From a virus (lineage: Duplodnaviria; Caudoviricetes): a stretch of 64,000 nucleotides of DNA. The position numbers and the translations under genes are program-made. Shown here piece after piece: positions 55,952 through 64,000 of the stretch (position 1 is the stretch's first letter; each line of letters opens with the position of its first letter). The stretch is from IMG/VR virus record IMGVR_UViG_3300038520_001354, positions 1 to 64,000 of that record; one strand, written 5' to 3'. Under the pieces are notes generated by a model. The model saw only the letters and a list, made by a program, of their open reading frames with translations, had not been told where the DNA came from and searched no databases.

Positions 55952-56237
55952 TGTTATTGCCTCCAAAACTAATTGTTGCACCTTGTAATAATTCTCTTAT
56001 TGTTTGGGCGACTTCGCCGGATAAAACTATCATTACTGTTTCTTTTAGTATTTCATCAAAGTGCATACCTACATATTCATCTTTTATTCGTAAATCATGG
56101 ACTAGTTTAAATTTCTCAATTAAAGTCATTTCGCTATAAATGTCATTAGATAAAATAGTAACTGTTTCGTTTAAGTTAGATATTTCACTAAATGTCCAAT
56201 TTCTTTCTAATACTTTTTTCTTTATCAATTCTTTCAT
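55866..56237 (-). CDS. Hypothetical protein
   Basis: Likely start MKELIKK. Confidence 0.65.
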   Translation of the reverse strand: MKELIKKKVLERNWTFSEISNLNETVTILSNDIYSEMTLIEKFKLVHDLRIKDEYVGMHFDEILKETVMIVLSGEVAQTIRELLQGATISFGGNNNEISERSVGRESHKERPTNEKKSRLIEE

Positions 56238-56241
56238 TATA

Positions 56242-57147
56242 TCACAACCATGTGTTTTCTTGAGCCGCAGGACAAATGCCATAATAAGCACAATACTGCG
56301 AACAGGTCTTATGGAAGAAAGATGCTTCAAATTCGTTTTCATATGCCCAAATCATTTTTGCTATTGATTTAAACACAGAAGTTTTAGAAGCCTTCTTTAT
56401 TTCTTCTGCATAAACATAATTAGAAGCAGGGTAATACCAACCCCAATGAGTAACTTGCATATCTTTATTTAGACCATGCTTTGCTAAGACTTCTTCGGGT
56501 GCATTTTCTATCATTATTTGATAGAAAGCCATTTCCTTTCTCATATCGCTTTGTTTGCTATCTCTCCAAGCACCTGTTTTGTATTCAAAAGGAATAAGTC
56601 CACCATTTTCCATAAATATTCTATCAATAATACCTTGAAGATGAACAACATAATCTCTTGATAGAGGGTATTTTGGATTAGTATTTGCTTTAATTGTTAT
56701 TTCACAATCAAACATTCCTTCATTAAGAACAGGCAAATACTCTTCTATTTTATCTTCACTTCTTGCTTCAATAAATCTTTGTGCTTCAAAAGCCGCCACT
56801 GTTAGTGATATATCAAAATAATCATCAATAGGCATCAAACTTGTGCAGTATTCTAATACTTCACTATTGTTTAATTGTTCTGCTTTCTTAATATCAAAGA
56901 CATTGAAAAACTCTTCTCTATGATTATGTAATACTGTTCCTTTACGCATAGCCTCGGTTTGGTCTTGAGGCAATCTATCAATATAATTGAACTTGTATTT
57001 CATAGGACACCATAAGTAACTCATCATTGATGATTTACTAATTTTTAGTATTGGTTTAGAAGGGTCATTATAATTTTCTGGTTGAAAATCATAAGTATAT
57101 TCTTTCATAGAACCTAATCTTGCTTTGTATTTTTCATCTATATCCAT
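56242..57147 (-). CDS. Cas4-like PD-(D/E)XK exonuclease
   Basis: WCP, GTVLH, GIIDR..EYKTG, C-terminal C..YC.Y..IC. Confidence 0.85.
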   Translation of the reverse strand: MDIDEKYKARLGSMKEYTYDFQPENYNDPSKPILKISKSSMMSYLWCPMKYKFNYIDRLPQDQTEAMRKGTVLHNHREEFFNVFDIKKAEQLNNSEVLEYCTSLMPIDDYFDISLTVAAFEAQRFIEARSEDKIEEYLPVLNEGMFDCEITIKANTNPKYPLSRDYVVHLQGIIDRIFMENGGLIPFEYKTGAWRDSKQSDMRKEMAFYQIMIENAPEEVLAKHGLNKDMQVTHWGWYYPASNYVYAEEIKKASKTSVFKSIAKMIWAYENEFEASFFHKTCSQYCAYYGICPAAQENTWL

Positions 57148-57152
57148 TTTTG

Positions 57153-58046
57153 TCACCACCATTCGTCAAGGCTTGATTGTCTATGTCCTGTTCTAATAGA
57201 CGATATATCCCAACCCATAGCCTTGTAAATAGGTTCAGCCTTCTTTATTACTTGATTCGCATAGTGTTCCCAATCGGGCGTATAACCCTCAAAATCCTTC
57301 TCGGTTGTGCCTGATATGTATTCCACATCTCGCCTTTCTTGCGTTAAAGGATGGGTATAAAACGCATTATTAGTCAATACTTTTAGAAAAATATATGAAT
57401 CATCAAAATTAGTGTCTTTCTTTTCCCAAGCGTATAAAACCCCTGCTATACCCGAACCTATTGTTGGTTTCTTACCTTCAAGAGTTGTAAACTTAGAAGT
57501 TTCCGTAGCGCACTTTTTACAAACTGAATGCTTCAAATCTAAGCATTCTCTAATGTGATATTTAGTTTTACATTCGGGGCATTTTACTGTGAATCTTGCA
57601 GGTCTTAATCTGCTTCTTTTTAGAAGAGAACCTAAAGGTATATCTCCTGTTAAAACACTTTGATAAGTATTATGTAAATACTTATTTATTTCATCATAAG
57701 ATTTTTGAGAAACCCACATTTCTAGTGTTTTAGTTTGAACTTCTTTTGCTAGTTTAGTTTCACTTACTCTTTTCGCAGTAAATCCTGTCATGGTAAACTT
57801 TGGCTTATCTAACCAAACTCCATCCTCCCAAGATACCAAACCGGCATTACGATTTTTTGTTGTTCCTACACCTAAAGCAGAAAAATACTTTTCAAACTCT
57901 AATTGAACAGGGTGTTCATCTAATCCTAATACATTAGGAAAATGCTCTCTAACTTTAGATTCTATTTGTTTAATAGCAGTTTGAGCCTTTTCAACTGAAT
58001 CAATCTGAACATAGATTGAATCTGTATGCCCATAAACTACTTTCAT
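57153..58046 (-). CDS. polB: Family B DNA polymerase, C-terminal subunit
   Basis: MKVVYGHTDS motif C, KNRNAG, Zn-finger insert, C-terminal PIP box QSSLDEWW. Confidence 0.9.
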   Translation of the reverse strand: MKVVYGHTDSIYVQIDSVEKAQTAIKQIESKVREHFPNVLGLDEHPVQLEFEKYFSALGVGTTKNRNAGLVSWEDGVWLDKPKFTMTGFTAKRVSETKLAKEVQTKTLEMWVSQKSYDEINKYLHNTYQSVLTGDIPLGSLLKRSRLRPARFTVKCPECKTKYHIRECLDLKHSVCKKCATETSKFTTLEGKKPTIGSGIAGVLYAWEKKDTNFDDSYIFLKVLTNNAFYTHPLTQERRDVEYISGTTEKDFEGYTPDWEHYANQVIKKAEPIYKAMGWDISSIRTGHRQSSLDEWW

Positions 58047-58294
58047 TCTTCTTCCCCCGACATAGCAAGCCAAATGTCTAAAGCATTAGGCAATTCTTCT
58101 AGTATTATAGCCCTAACTTCATCCTTTAGATTCATTCTAACTTCTTGTGTAATATTGTCAATGGTTGATATAGATTCGAGTTTTTCACTAAGAATTACAT
58201 CACTTATTCTCCAAGCAATAGATTTTTTGATGTGATTAAACATCTTTTTATCATTAACAATTGCCTTTGCTATTTTCTCAGCATTATCCATCAA
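58043..58294 (-). CDS. Hypothetical protein
   Basis: ORF track, overlapping start/stop. Confidence 0.7.
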   Translation of the reverse strand: MMDNAEKIAKAIVNDKKMFNHIKKSIAWRISDVILSEKLESISTIDNITQEVRMNLKDEVRAIILEELPNALDIWLAMSGEEE

Positions 58295-58530
58295 ACACCA
58301 CCCACTTTATCGGGTGCATATACATTATTATTAAATGTCAATTCAGGATGCAACTTTTTAAGGTCATTTTGCATTTCATGAACTGCTTTTGCCACAATAT
58401 AATAAGGAACCCTATCCTCGCTTTCGTGTTCTAAAAGTCTTATTCTATTTTCAAGACCTTTTATTCTCTCCGCTAACCCTTCATTCTCCATAGTTAATCT
58501 TTTAATTTCTTGTTCTAATTTATCTGTCAC
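58291..58530 (-). CDS. Coiled-coil protein
   Basis: Heptad repeats. Confidence 0.7.
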   Translation of the reverse strand: MTDKLEQEIKRLTMENEGLAERIKGLENRIRLLEHESEDRVPYYIVAKAVHEMQNDLKKLHPELTFNNNVYAPDKVGGV

Positions 58531-58658
58531 ATTATCACCGTCACTATTGTTATAATGGTTGCTATGTTTACGATATTTACCATCATTAATATCCTATTTG
58601 ATTTTGCTATCATAGCCAGCAATTCCTCTAATAACTCATTCGTTTTGTCCATCATCAT
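58527..58658 (-). CDS. 43-aa tail-anchored membrane peptide (not in ORF track)
   Basis: MMMDKTNELLEELL...ILMMVNIVNIATIITIVTVIM. Confidence 0.65.
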   Translation of the reverse strand: MMMDKTNELLEELLAMIAKSNRILMMVNIVNIATIITIVTVIM

Positions 58659-58806
58659 GATTAACACCTTGTTCTATATCTATAATGATAGCATGACGCT
58701 TTAAGTTGTTCATCATTTGAAATAACTCCTTTACTTCTTGTAAGGTAGTTTCCCAAGTTTCTTCAGTATCATAAGATACTTTAACTGTTACATATTTAGT
58801 CATCAT
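58636..58806 (-). CDS. Hypothetical protein
   Basis: MMTKYVTVKV after GGAGG. Confidence 0.65.
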   Translation of the reverse strand: MMTKYVTVKVSYDTEETWETTLQEVKELFQMMNNLKRHAIIIDIEQGVNHDDGQNE

Positions 58807-59020
58807 TCTTAATCCTCCTATAAGTTTTAGAAGAATGACCTTTACAAATCTGTTCAACATTATCAAGTTTACCTAAAAGCCAACCTATTCCGGTAACACT
58901 ACCAACATAGGGACTAGAGCCCTTTTTTTCAACTATTTTCGTAAGAATAGTTTTTGCAGTAAATTCTCCATCTGTCTCTAATACGGCCTCTTTAATCCAT
59001 CTTTCCATATGTATATTCAT
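58796..59020 (-). CDS. Small winged-helix-like protein
   Basis: FTAKTIL..IGWLL..KTYRR. Confidence 0.55.
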   Translation of the reverse strand: MNIHMERWIKEAVLETDGEFTAKTILTKIVEKKGSSPYVGSVTGIGWLLGKLDNVEQICKGHSSKTYRRIKNDD

Positions 59021-59154
59021 ACAAACCTCTCCTTATGTCCACAAATATTACATAATAATATTGCGACTTCTTTATTATTTGAATTATATGAGTAATTAGT
59101 TTTCTTATAATAAGACATTTTAAGTTCTCCATTTTTACATACAGGACATTTCAT
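59017..59154 (-). CDS. 45-aa zinc-ribbon protein (not in ORF track)
   Basis: MKCPVC...CNICGHKE; ATGA overlaps on both sides. Confidence 0.7.
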   Translation of the reverse strand: MKCPVCKNGELKMSYYKKTNYSYNSNNKEVAILLCNICGHKERFV

Positions 59155-60809
59155 ACTTCCATCTCCTTTGCGCTAAATGCTGCTAATCTAATTGCTTCTC
59201 TTGCACTTGCAGTTATACTTGCGGCTAAATCAATGTCTGCCCATCCAAAGCCTTGAAAGGCAACAATTCCGTAAAATGAAGCCATTAATCGCTTTACAGC
59301 CATTTGATTGTTATACCATTTAACATACTCGCTATTATTATCCGCTTCTCTCGCCTCTCGCATAAGACGCTTATATTCGTTTCGCAACTCTTTGAGTTCA
59401 AGAACGGCTCTTGGTAATAGCCCAAGTTTATCCGTTTTATAATAAAGCATTTGTTCATGTTTTACTTCACTAAAGTCTCTTGGTGTGCTAATATTAACTG
59501 CAAATTCTGTTGGCTCTAATGATTTAGTTTCCCATGAAATGTTCCTAGAAATCATCATAGCGGGATATAGACCTGCATAATCAAATGCTGCTACATTAAG
59601 ATGTAATCCATTTGTTCCTTCACTTAATGGGTCATAAATCATAGCCCCGTCATATTCTCTTCTTTCTTCATTCTTATTACCTGTTGGTGCTTTCCATTCA
59701 GCATTACGCATAAAGTAAATAGAACCCATATGACTAGCATAAAAACAAGCATCAAATGGTGCTTTTAGTAATCTTTGCAAAGAAAGAATAGCCTCACTAC
59801 AAAAGTTTGTTTCATCTATTTCAACAATCAATTCAACATCTTTTATAGCATAGTCAAGATAAGTTTGTGTATCTTCTAACCAAGCCCTTCTATAAAATTC
59901 ATTTGTATCTGGAAACTTTTCTGAAACTAACTTCTTTTTACCAAGAACTATTTCACCAATATAATCAAGAGAAAGAGAAGGTAATGTTCCTCTTTGAGAA
60001 TCATTCCATTGTCTTTCAAATGCTAAGTCTAAAGATAAACATATTCTTCCACCAATAGGTTGCTCAATAGGGCTAAATCCCTTTTCAGCATAAGCAAAAG
60101 TATATTCATCTTTTTTCTTTTTAATACCTTTAACAAAACCAATAGGTGAAATAATAGAAGGATTTAATCCTACTGCACAAGCCCGTTCTAATAACTTAGG
60201 AATATCCGCAAAATTACCAAACCAAGCGATTAACATATCGGGGTCTTTTACAATCATTGTAGTCATAAAAGACTCAATCATTTCTTTTTCACTATTAAAT
60301 ACCGCTATCTTATCTGATTGTTTCCAATGTAAATGAGAGGGGGCATCGGGAAACCATACCCATTGATAATATTCTTCATCATAATTATCATAGACTACAA
60401 TAGTTGTAATACAATCGTGATATTTACCGCCTTGTTGCCATTCCATATCCCAATACCACTTTCGCAGTTTATATTCGGGCATTTCATGTAATTCATCAAT
60501 GCAATATCTAAAATGATAAGGAACATCTGCTTCATATGTTCTTGAAAACATATCTTTTGCTTTCTTAATATCAAAAGAAGTTTCAACATATACCTTTTGT
60601 AAAGGTTCTTTCTGTAAGTTTACCCAATCACCCTCTTCATATCTAAAATCTCTAGTAATATATTTACTAGGCTTATATGTCATAGGTTTGTTTTCTTGAG
60701 AAGAAATATAAAAATAAGGATTAAACTCCACCATTTCATATTTCTTCTCTCCGTTTTCTCTCCAAGATTTATAGATATTTTTACCGTCATTCATTTTACT
60801 AATAATCAT
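59151..60809 (-). CDS. polB: Family B DNA polymerase, N-terminal subunit (exonuclease, motifs A and B)
   Basis: WDMEW ExoI, FGNFAD ExoII, YAIKD ExoIII, FDYAGLYP motif A, KRLMASFYG motif B. Confidence 0.92.
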   Translation of the reverse strand: MIISKMNDGKNIYKSWRENGEKKYEMVEFNPYFYISSQENKPMTYKPSKYITRDFRYEEGDWVNLQKEPLQKVYVETSFDIKKAKDMFSRTYEADVPYHFRYCIDELHEMPEYKLRKWYWDMEWQQGGKYHDCITTIVVYDNYDEEYYQWVWFPDAPSHLHWKQSDKIAVFNSEKEMIESFMTTMIVKDPDMLIAWFGNFADIPKLLERACAVGLNPSIISPIGFVKGIKKKKDEYTFAYAEKGFSPIEQPIGGRICLSLDLAFERQWNDSQRGTLPSLSLDYIGEIVLGKKKLVSEKFPDTNEFYRRAWLEDTQTYLDYAIKDVELIVEIDETNFCSEAILSLQRLLKAPFDACFYASHMGSIYFMRNAEWKAPTGNKNEERREYDGAMIYDPLSEGTNGLHLNVAAFDYAGLYPAMMISRNISWETKSLEPTEFAVNISTPRDFSEVKHEQMLYYKTDKLGLLPRAVLELKELRNEYKRLMREAREADNNSEYVKWYNNQMAVKRLMASFYGIVAFQGFGWADIDLAASITASAREAIRLAAFSAKEMEV

Positions 60810-60813
60810 ATAC

Positions 60814-61578
60814 TCACCCACTAATATGTGGTGCTTTTAATAGCATTCTATCATCTGCTACAATTAAAAGCGGAAACTCATCTTTCATAAATACATTTAG
60901 CATTTGGTGTTTCTTAAAGAAAGAATACACCGGACTACTAAACTCGACTGTTGCTGGTTCTCCTGCTGGAAATGCAGGAGTAATAGTTTCTTCATATTTG
61001 TTTGTTACATCTAATCTTGTTGATACCTTCAACACATTATTATTATAATCAAACTTATAAACTCCGCTTTTAACTAATTCACAAGATTTAATTGCATCTT
61101 GCAGTTGCGGCTGAGTTAATACAAATACTCCTTCAAATTTAGATTTAGCGAAGTTAAACATTGTAGTTGGTTGCACTTCATATCTAATTGGATTCAACAT
61201 ATTTTGAAGTCTTGTTAAGGCATCAGCATTTGGATGAAGAACAACCAAAGGCACTGAAGCCTTTCTATTTCCTGAAGTTAGAGCAATAAAATCATTTACT
61301 GCAACAGAAACATCATCAAATGACTTTAGATAAGGAAGCATTTGAGGAATATACACACATACACTACCTTCTTCTATTTCTCCATCAAGAGGAATAGAAA
61401 TTTTTACACAGGCAGTTGGGCTACCATTCCAAACTTCTAATATATTATCTCTAATAACTAGATAAGCATAATCACCAAAACTAGTGTTACCAAATCCATT
61501 AGCAGTTTGACCTTTGCCTTTAACCTGCACACTTTCCAATGCTTCTTTTAAGACGCTTGCTTCTATATTAAACTTCAA
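60814..61578 (-). CDS. Sliding clamp (PCNA-like)
   Basis: 254 aa, two-domain pattern, ends FPLLI..LLKAP; adjacent to polB bearing a PIP box. Confidence 0.75.
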   Translation of the reverse strand: MKFNIEASVLKEALESVQVKGKGQTANGFGNTSFGDYAYLVIRDNILEVWNGSPTACVKISIPLDGEIEEGSVCVYIPQMLPYLKSFDDVSVAVNDFIALTSGNRKASVPLVVLHPNADALTRLQNMLNPIRYEVQPTTMFNFAKSKFEGVFVLTQPQLQDAIKSCELVKSGVYKFDYNNNVLKVSTRLDVTNKYEETITPAFPAGEPATVEFSSPVYSFFKKHQMLNVFMKDEFPLLIVADDRMLLKAPHISG

Positions 61579-62396
61579 ATTAATCCCTCACGCAATTCTT
61601 TAATGCCATTCCAAGTAACATTACCACTACCAACGGTTAATGTTTCCCAAGAATTGCCCACTAATTCGGTGTTAGTTTTACTTGACAATAGTTCTGCTTT
61701 GTAAACCACATCGTTCTTTTTGCGTGTTCTTCGGGTGCTAATAATTTGATGTAGGTAATCTCCCCAATTGTGCCAATTAGGTTTTGTTCCTACTACTTCT
61801 CCTGTTGAGCCATAATCAGCCTTAGCATGAGTAATATAGATTTGGTCGCATTCTAAGTTTTTACACATCATTAGAAGTGAATAGAATGGTGCATTACGCT
61901 TTCCCCATTCAAACTTCATCTTTTGTGGCTTTCCAATCTTAGAAGAACCTGTTACATGAAGTGTGCAACAATCGAGCCATTTATCAATACCATCGAATAC
62001 AAAGAGAACATCTTCTCCCGCTTCAATTTGTTCTTTTACCATTAAAACAAAATCTTCTGAATTTGCTTCAGACTTTTGTATATCTAATTCACCATTATGA
62101 TTTCTAACTTCAGGATTCCACAAAGTAATCCTATCTGTCATTTTATGGTTTTGTCTCCATGTTGGTTCGCAACCATCATCCCAATCTAAAACATAGATTT
62201 GTTTATTTGGAAAGTCTAAAGCCAAGCCGCTTTTTACAGTCTTTGGTTCTCCCCAAATACCACAAATTAAGCGATTACTACGACTTAATCTCTTCTCTGT
62301 TTGCGCTTTCAATTTATCACGAAATGCCATAACTCTTGCGTTATTTTCCATTCCCTTCGCTACTGCTTCTGTATTTTTATTGCTGGTTAATCCCAT
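61575..62396 (-). CDS. Sak4/AAA_24-like ATPase
   Basis: Variant Walker A GEPKTVKS, LDWDDG, Walker B FVFDG, YITH. Confidence 0.7.
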   Translation of the reverse strand: MGLTSNKNTEAVAKGMENNARVMAFRDKLKAQTEKRLSRSNRLICGIWGEPKTVKSGLALDFPNKQIYVLDWDDGCEPTWRQNHKMTDRITLWNPEVRNHNGELDIQKSEANSEDFVLMVKEQIEAGEDVLFVFDGIDKWLDCCTLHVTGSSKIGKPQKMKFEWGKRNAPFYSLLMMCKNLECDQIYITHAKADYGSTGEVVGTKPNWHNWGDYLHQIISTRRTRKKNDVVYKAELLSSKTNTELVGNSWETLTVGSGNVTWNGIKELREGLI

Positions 62397-62641
62397 AATT
62401 CAATCACCTCTTCATCTTTTATTTCTATTTTCTTACCTCTAATATCAGTCCATGCTAATAGTAAAGTCTTTACTTCTTCTATGGAGTTACAAACATAACG
62501 GGCTTCTTTACTACCAATATGTAGTTTCACCCAAAATGTTGACTCCATTTTATCGTTCTCTTTCCATGTTATAAAATCAACATTATACAAGTCAATAATA
62601 TAACTATTTGCTTTTATTAAATATCTTTTATTCTTAATCAT
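62387..62641 (-). CDS. Hypothetical protein
   Basis: ORF track; GGAGG SD. Confidence 0.7.
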   Translation of the reverse strand: MIKNKRYLIKANSYIIDLYNVDFITWKENDKMESTFWVKLHIGSKEARYVCNSIEEVKTLLLAWTDIRGKKIEIKDEEVIELWD

Positions 62642-62644
62642 AAA

Positions 62645-62835
62645 ATCCCTCCAAAGGGATAGGGCTTTGCACCCATTTGAATGTCAATTTCTCCACAAGT
62701 CACATTTATCTTGCTACCGTTCCCAATCTCAACATGAAATCTGTAATGTCGCCAACACATCATACCCCCAAACAAACTGTCTCTTTCTAGTGTAAAAAGA
62801 GTCACGACATTTCTAGGGGAGATTAGAATGGAGTT
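62645..62835 (-). ncRNA. Candidate structured non-coding RNA
   Basis: About 200-nt intergenic gap with nested complementary segments. Confidence 0.4.
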
Positions 62836-62840
62836 TCACT

Positions 62841-64000
62841 TCAAAACCAATCGAAATCTTCTTCAACAGGTTGAGATACTTCAACGGCTGAACCGTGTTT
62901 AATTACACAGAATAGACCCGTTGTGTTAATTGTTACAGGTTCAACTTCACCATCAATTGTTCTTTGGCTTGTTCGGCCAACAACAATAACAGAAGAACCA
63001 ATACCAAAGTCAAGGGTTAAATGACTTGGAATCCAACAAGTAGTTATTCCCGAATCATTATCATAATCCATTTCTGCATTCAAATCAGTTAGATTAATAA
63101 TACGATTACCGTTCTTTGTTGGAGTCATATTCATATTACAAACTGTTCCATCTGTAATAACAAATCTTTCCTTTGAAGGAAGTCCTTGTCTTTGAATATG
63201 TGCTTTATCCATATCAACCAATGGAACTAAGTGAGATGCAAAGTTATTTCTCAAACAATCTTCAAAATCAAAGTTTGACATATCACGATACAATTCACTT
63301 TCTGGACTCATATCAGCATTCATAGTTAAACTATTTACTGTTAAATCCTTAGCACCATAAAGGTCAGTTCCATTATCATTTGCTACACAAAGGAAATGAC
63401 ACCATTCAAAAGTATTTGGTGCAAAGTCCACTCCACCTTGATTCTTATATGAGAAATAATAAGACTTCATCTCTCCTGTTCCAATAGAACCAAAGAATAT
63501 ACCATTTCTTCTCATTTGTTCAGCAGGTAATGGCTTACCGTAATTGTTGTTTTTGCCACCATTCATATATGTTGGTGTATTATCTAATGGAATAAAGAAA
63601 CTACCATCTTCTGTTTCTTCTGCACCTGAAGGTAAAGTGGAAATAGTCTTTTCATCGTATTCACCGTGATGATAACGAGAAACTACCCATTTACCCAAAG
63701 CATTTTGATTTGCTACTGCAACAATTCCTTTTTCAAGAGCATTGTCAGCATCACGCTTAAATTCTTCTTTTGCTTGCATTCTATTCCAAGCCATCATATC
63801 TCTTGGTGCATCTAAAGCAACAAAGAATCCAAATGCCGACTTATAGTAAGAATCATTACCACCACTAGAAGAATCGCCGCTTTCTTGGCTTCTTCTTGCA
63901 TTAGCAACAAAGTTTCTCCAAAGTCCTTTAGCAATAGGATTTGTTGTTTCTATTCCATTTTCTGAACAAATTTCTTCAAACTTGTTCATCGCTTCTTCAA
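62841..64000 (-). CDS. RPA/SSB-like OB-fold protein (5' end probably outside window)
   Basis: ITDGTV..RIINLTD..TTCW..VIVVGR OB pattern; acidic-aromatic tail EEDFDWF; frame open to window edge. Confidence 0.7.
   Translation of the reverse strand, partial: EEAMNKFEEICSENGIETTNPIAKGLWRNFVANARRSQESGDSSSGGNDSYYKSAFGFFVALDAPRDMMAWNRMQAKEEFKRDADNALEKGIVAVANQNALGKWVVSRYHHGEYDEKTISTLPSGAEETEDGSFFIPLDNTPTYMNGGKNNNYGKPLPAEQMRRNGIFFGSIGTGEMKSYYFSYKNQGGVDFAPNTFEWCHFLCVANDNGTDLYGAKDLTVNSLTMNADMSPESELYRDMSNFDFEDCLRNNFASHLVPLVDMDKAHIQRQGLPSKERFVITDGTVCNMNMTPTKNGNRIINLTDLNAEMDYDNDSGITTCWIPSHLTLDFGIGSSVIVVGRTSQRTIDGEVEPVTINTTGLFCVIKHGSAVEVSQPVEEDFDWF

Noticed and set aside
56242-57147. Cas4-like gene as a CRISPR system
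   Set aside because: No repeat-spacer array or other cas genes seen; solo Cas4-like nucleases are common in archaeal viruses
58047-59150. Intron or split intein between polB halves
   Set aside because: No Cys/Ser-initiated or His-Asn-terminated intein segments; the gap is filled with translationally coupled ORFs and the C-half has its own coupled ATG
62645-62835. tRNA or known self-cleaving ribozyme
   Set aside because: No cloverleaf or TTCGA arm; hammerhead, pistol and twister cores could not be completed by eye

Overview
A 64 kb, AT-rich, densely coding segment of a tailed (HK97-type, siphovirus-like) archaeal dsDNA virus. It most resembles the magroviruses of Marine Group II Euryarchaeota (Poseidoniales); this is inferred from the archaeal-type replication genes, GGTGA/GAGGTGA Shine-Dalgarno motifs and gene order, not from a database search. 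Two convergent blocks meet at a UUCG-tetraloop hairpin at ~51.64 kb. The + strand block (1-51575) holds about 30 mostly orphan genes, terminase, a LAGLIDADG protein, portal, a multidomain ATP-dependent DNA ligase, prohead protease/scaffold, major capsid protein, a five-gene module built around a Ras/Arf-like small GTPase, and head-tail and tail genes with a -1 frameshifted tail chaperone. The - strand block (51662-64000) holds RPA/SSB, a Sak4-like ATPase, a PCNA-like clamp, a PolB split into two genes, a Cas4-like nuclease, a fused PriS-PriL primase, an XPF/ERCC4 nuclease, an MCM-like helicase and a DEDD exonuclease. Main candidate new system: at least 21 unrelated genes between 418 and 15300 start with the same 8-9 residue leader, M-[TSNK]-W-x-x-[ILV]-[LIV]-K. 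It resembles the C-terminal MEWSDIHK motif of the scaffold, which a second small protein also carries, and it ends in a hydrophobic-x-K motif that recurs throughout the head proteins. This suggests a peptide-tag capsid cargo-loading and protease-processing system. The second candidate is the viral small-GTPase/membrane-protein module.
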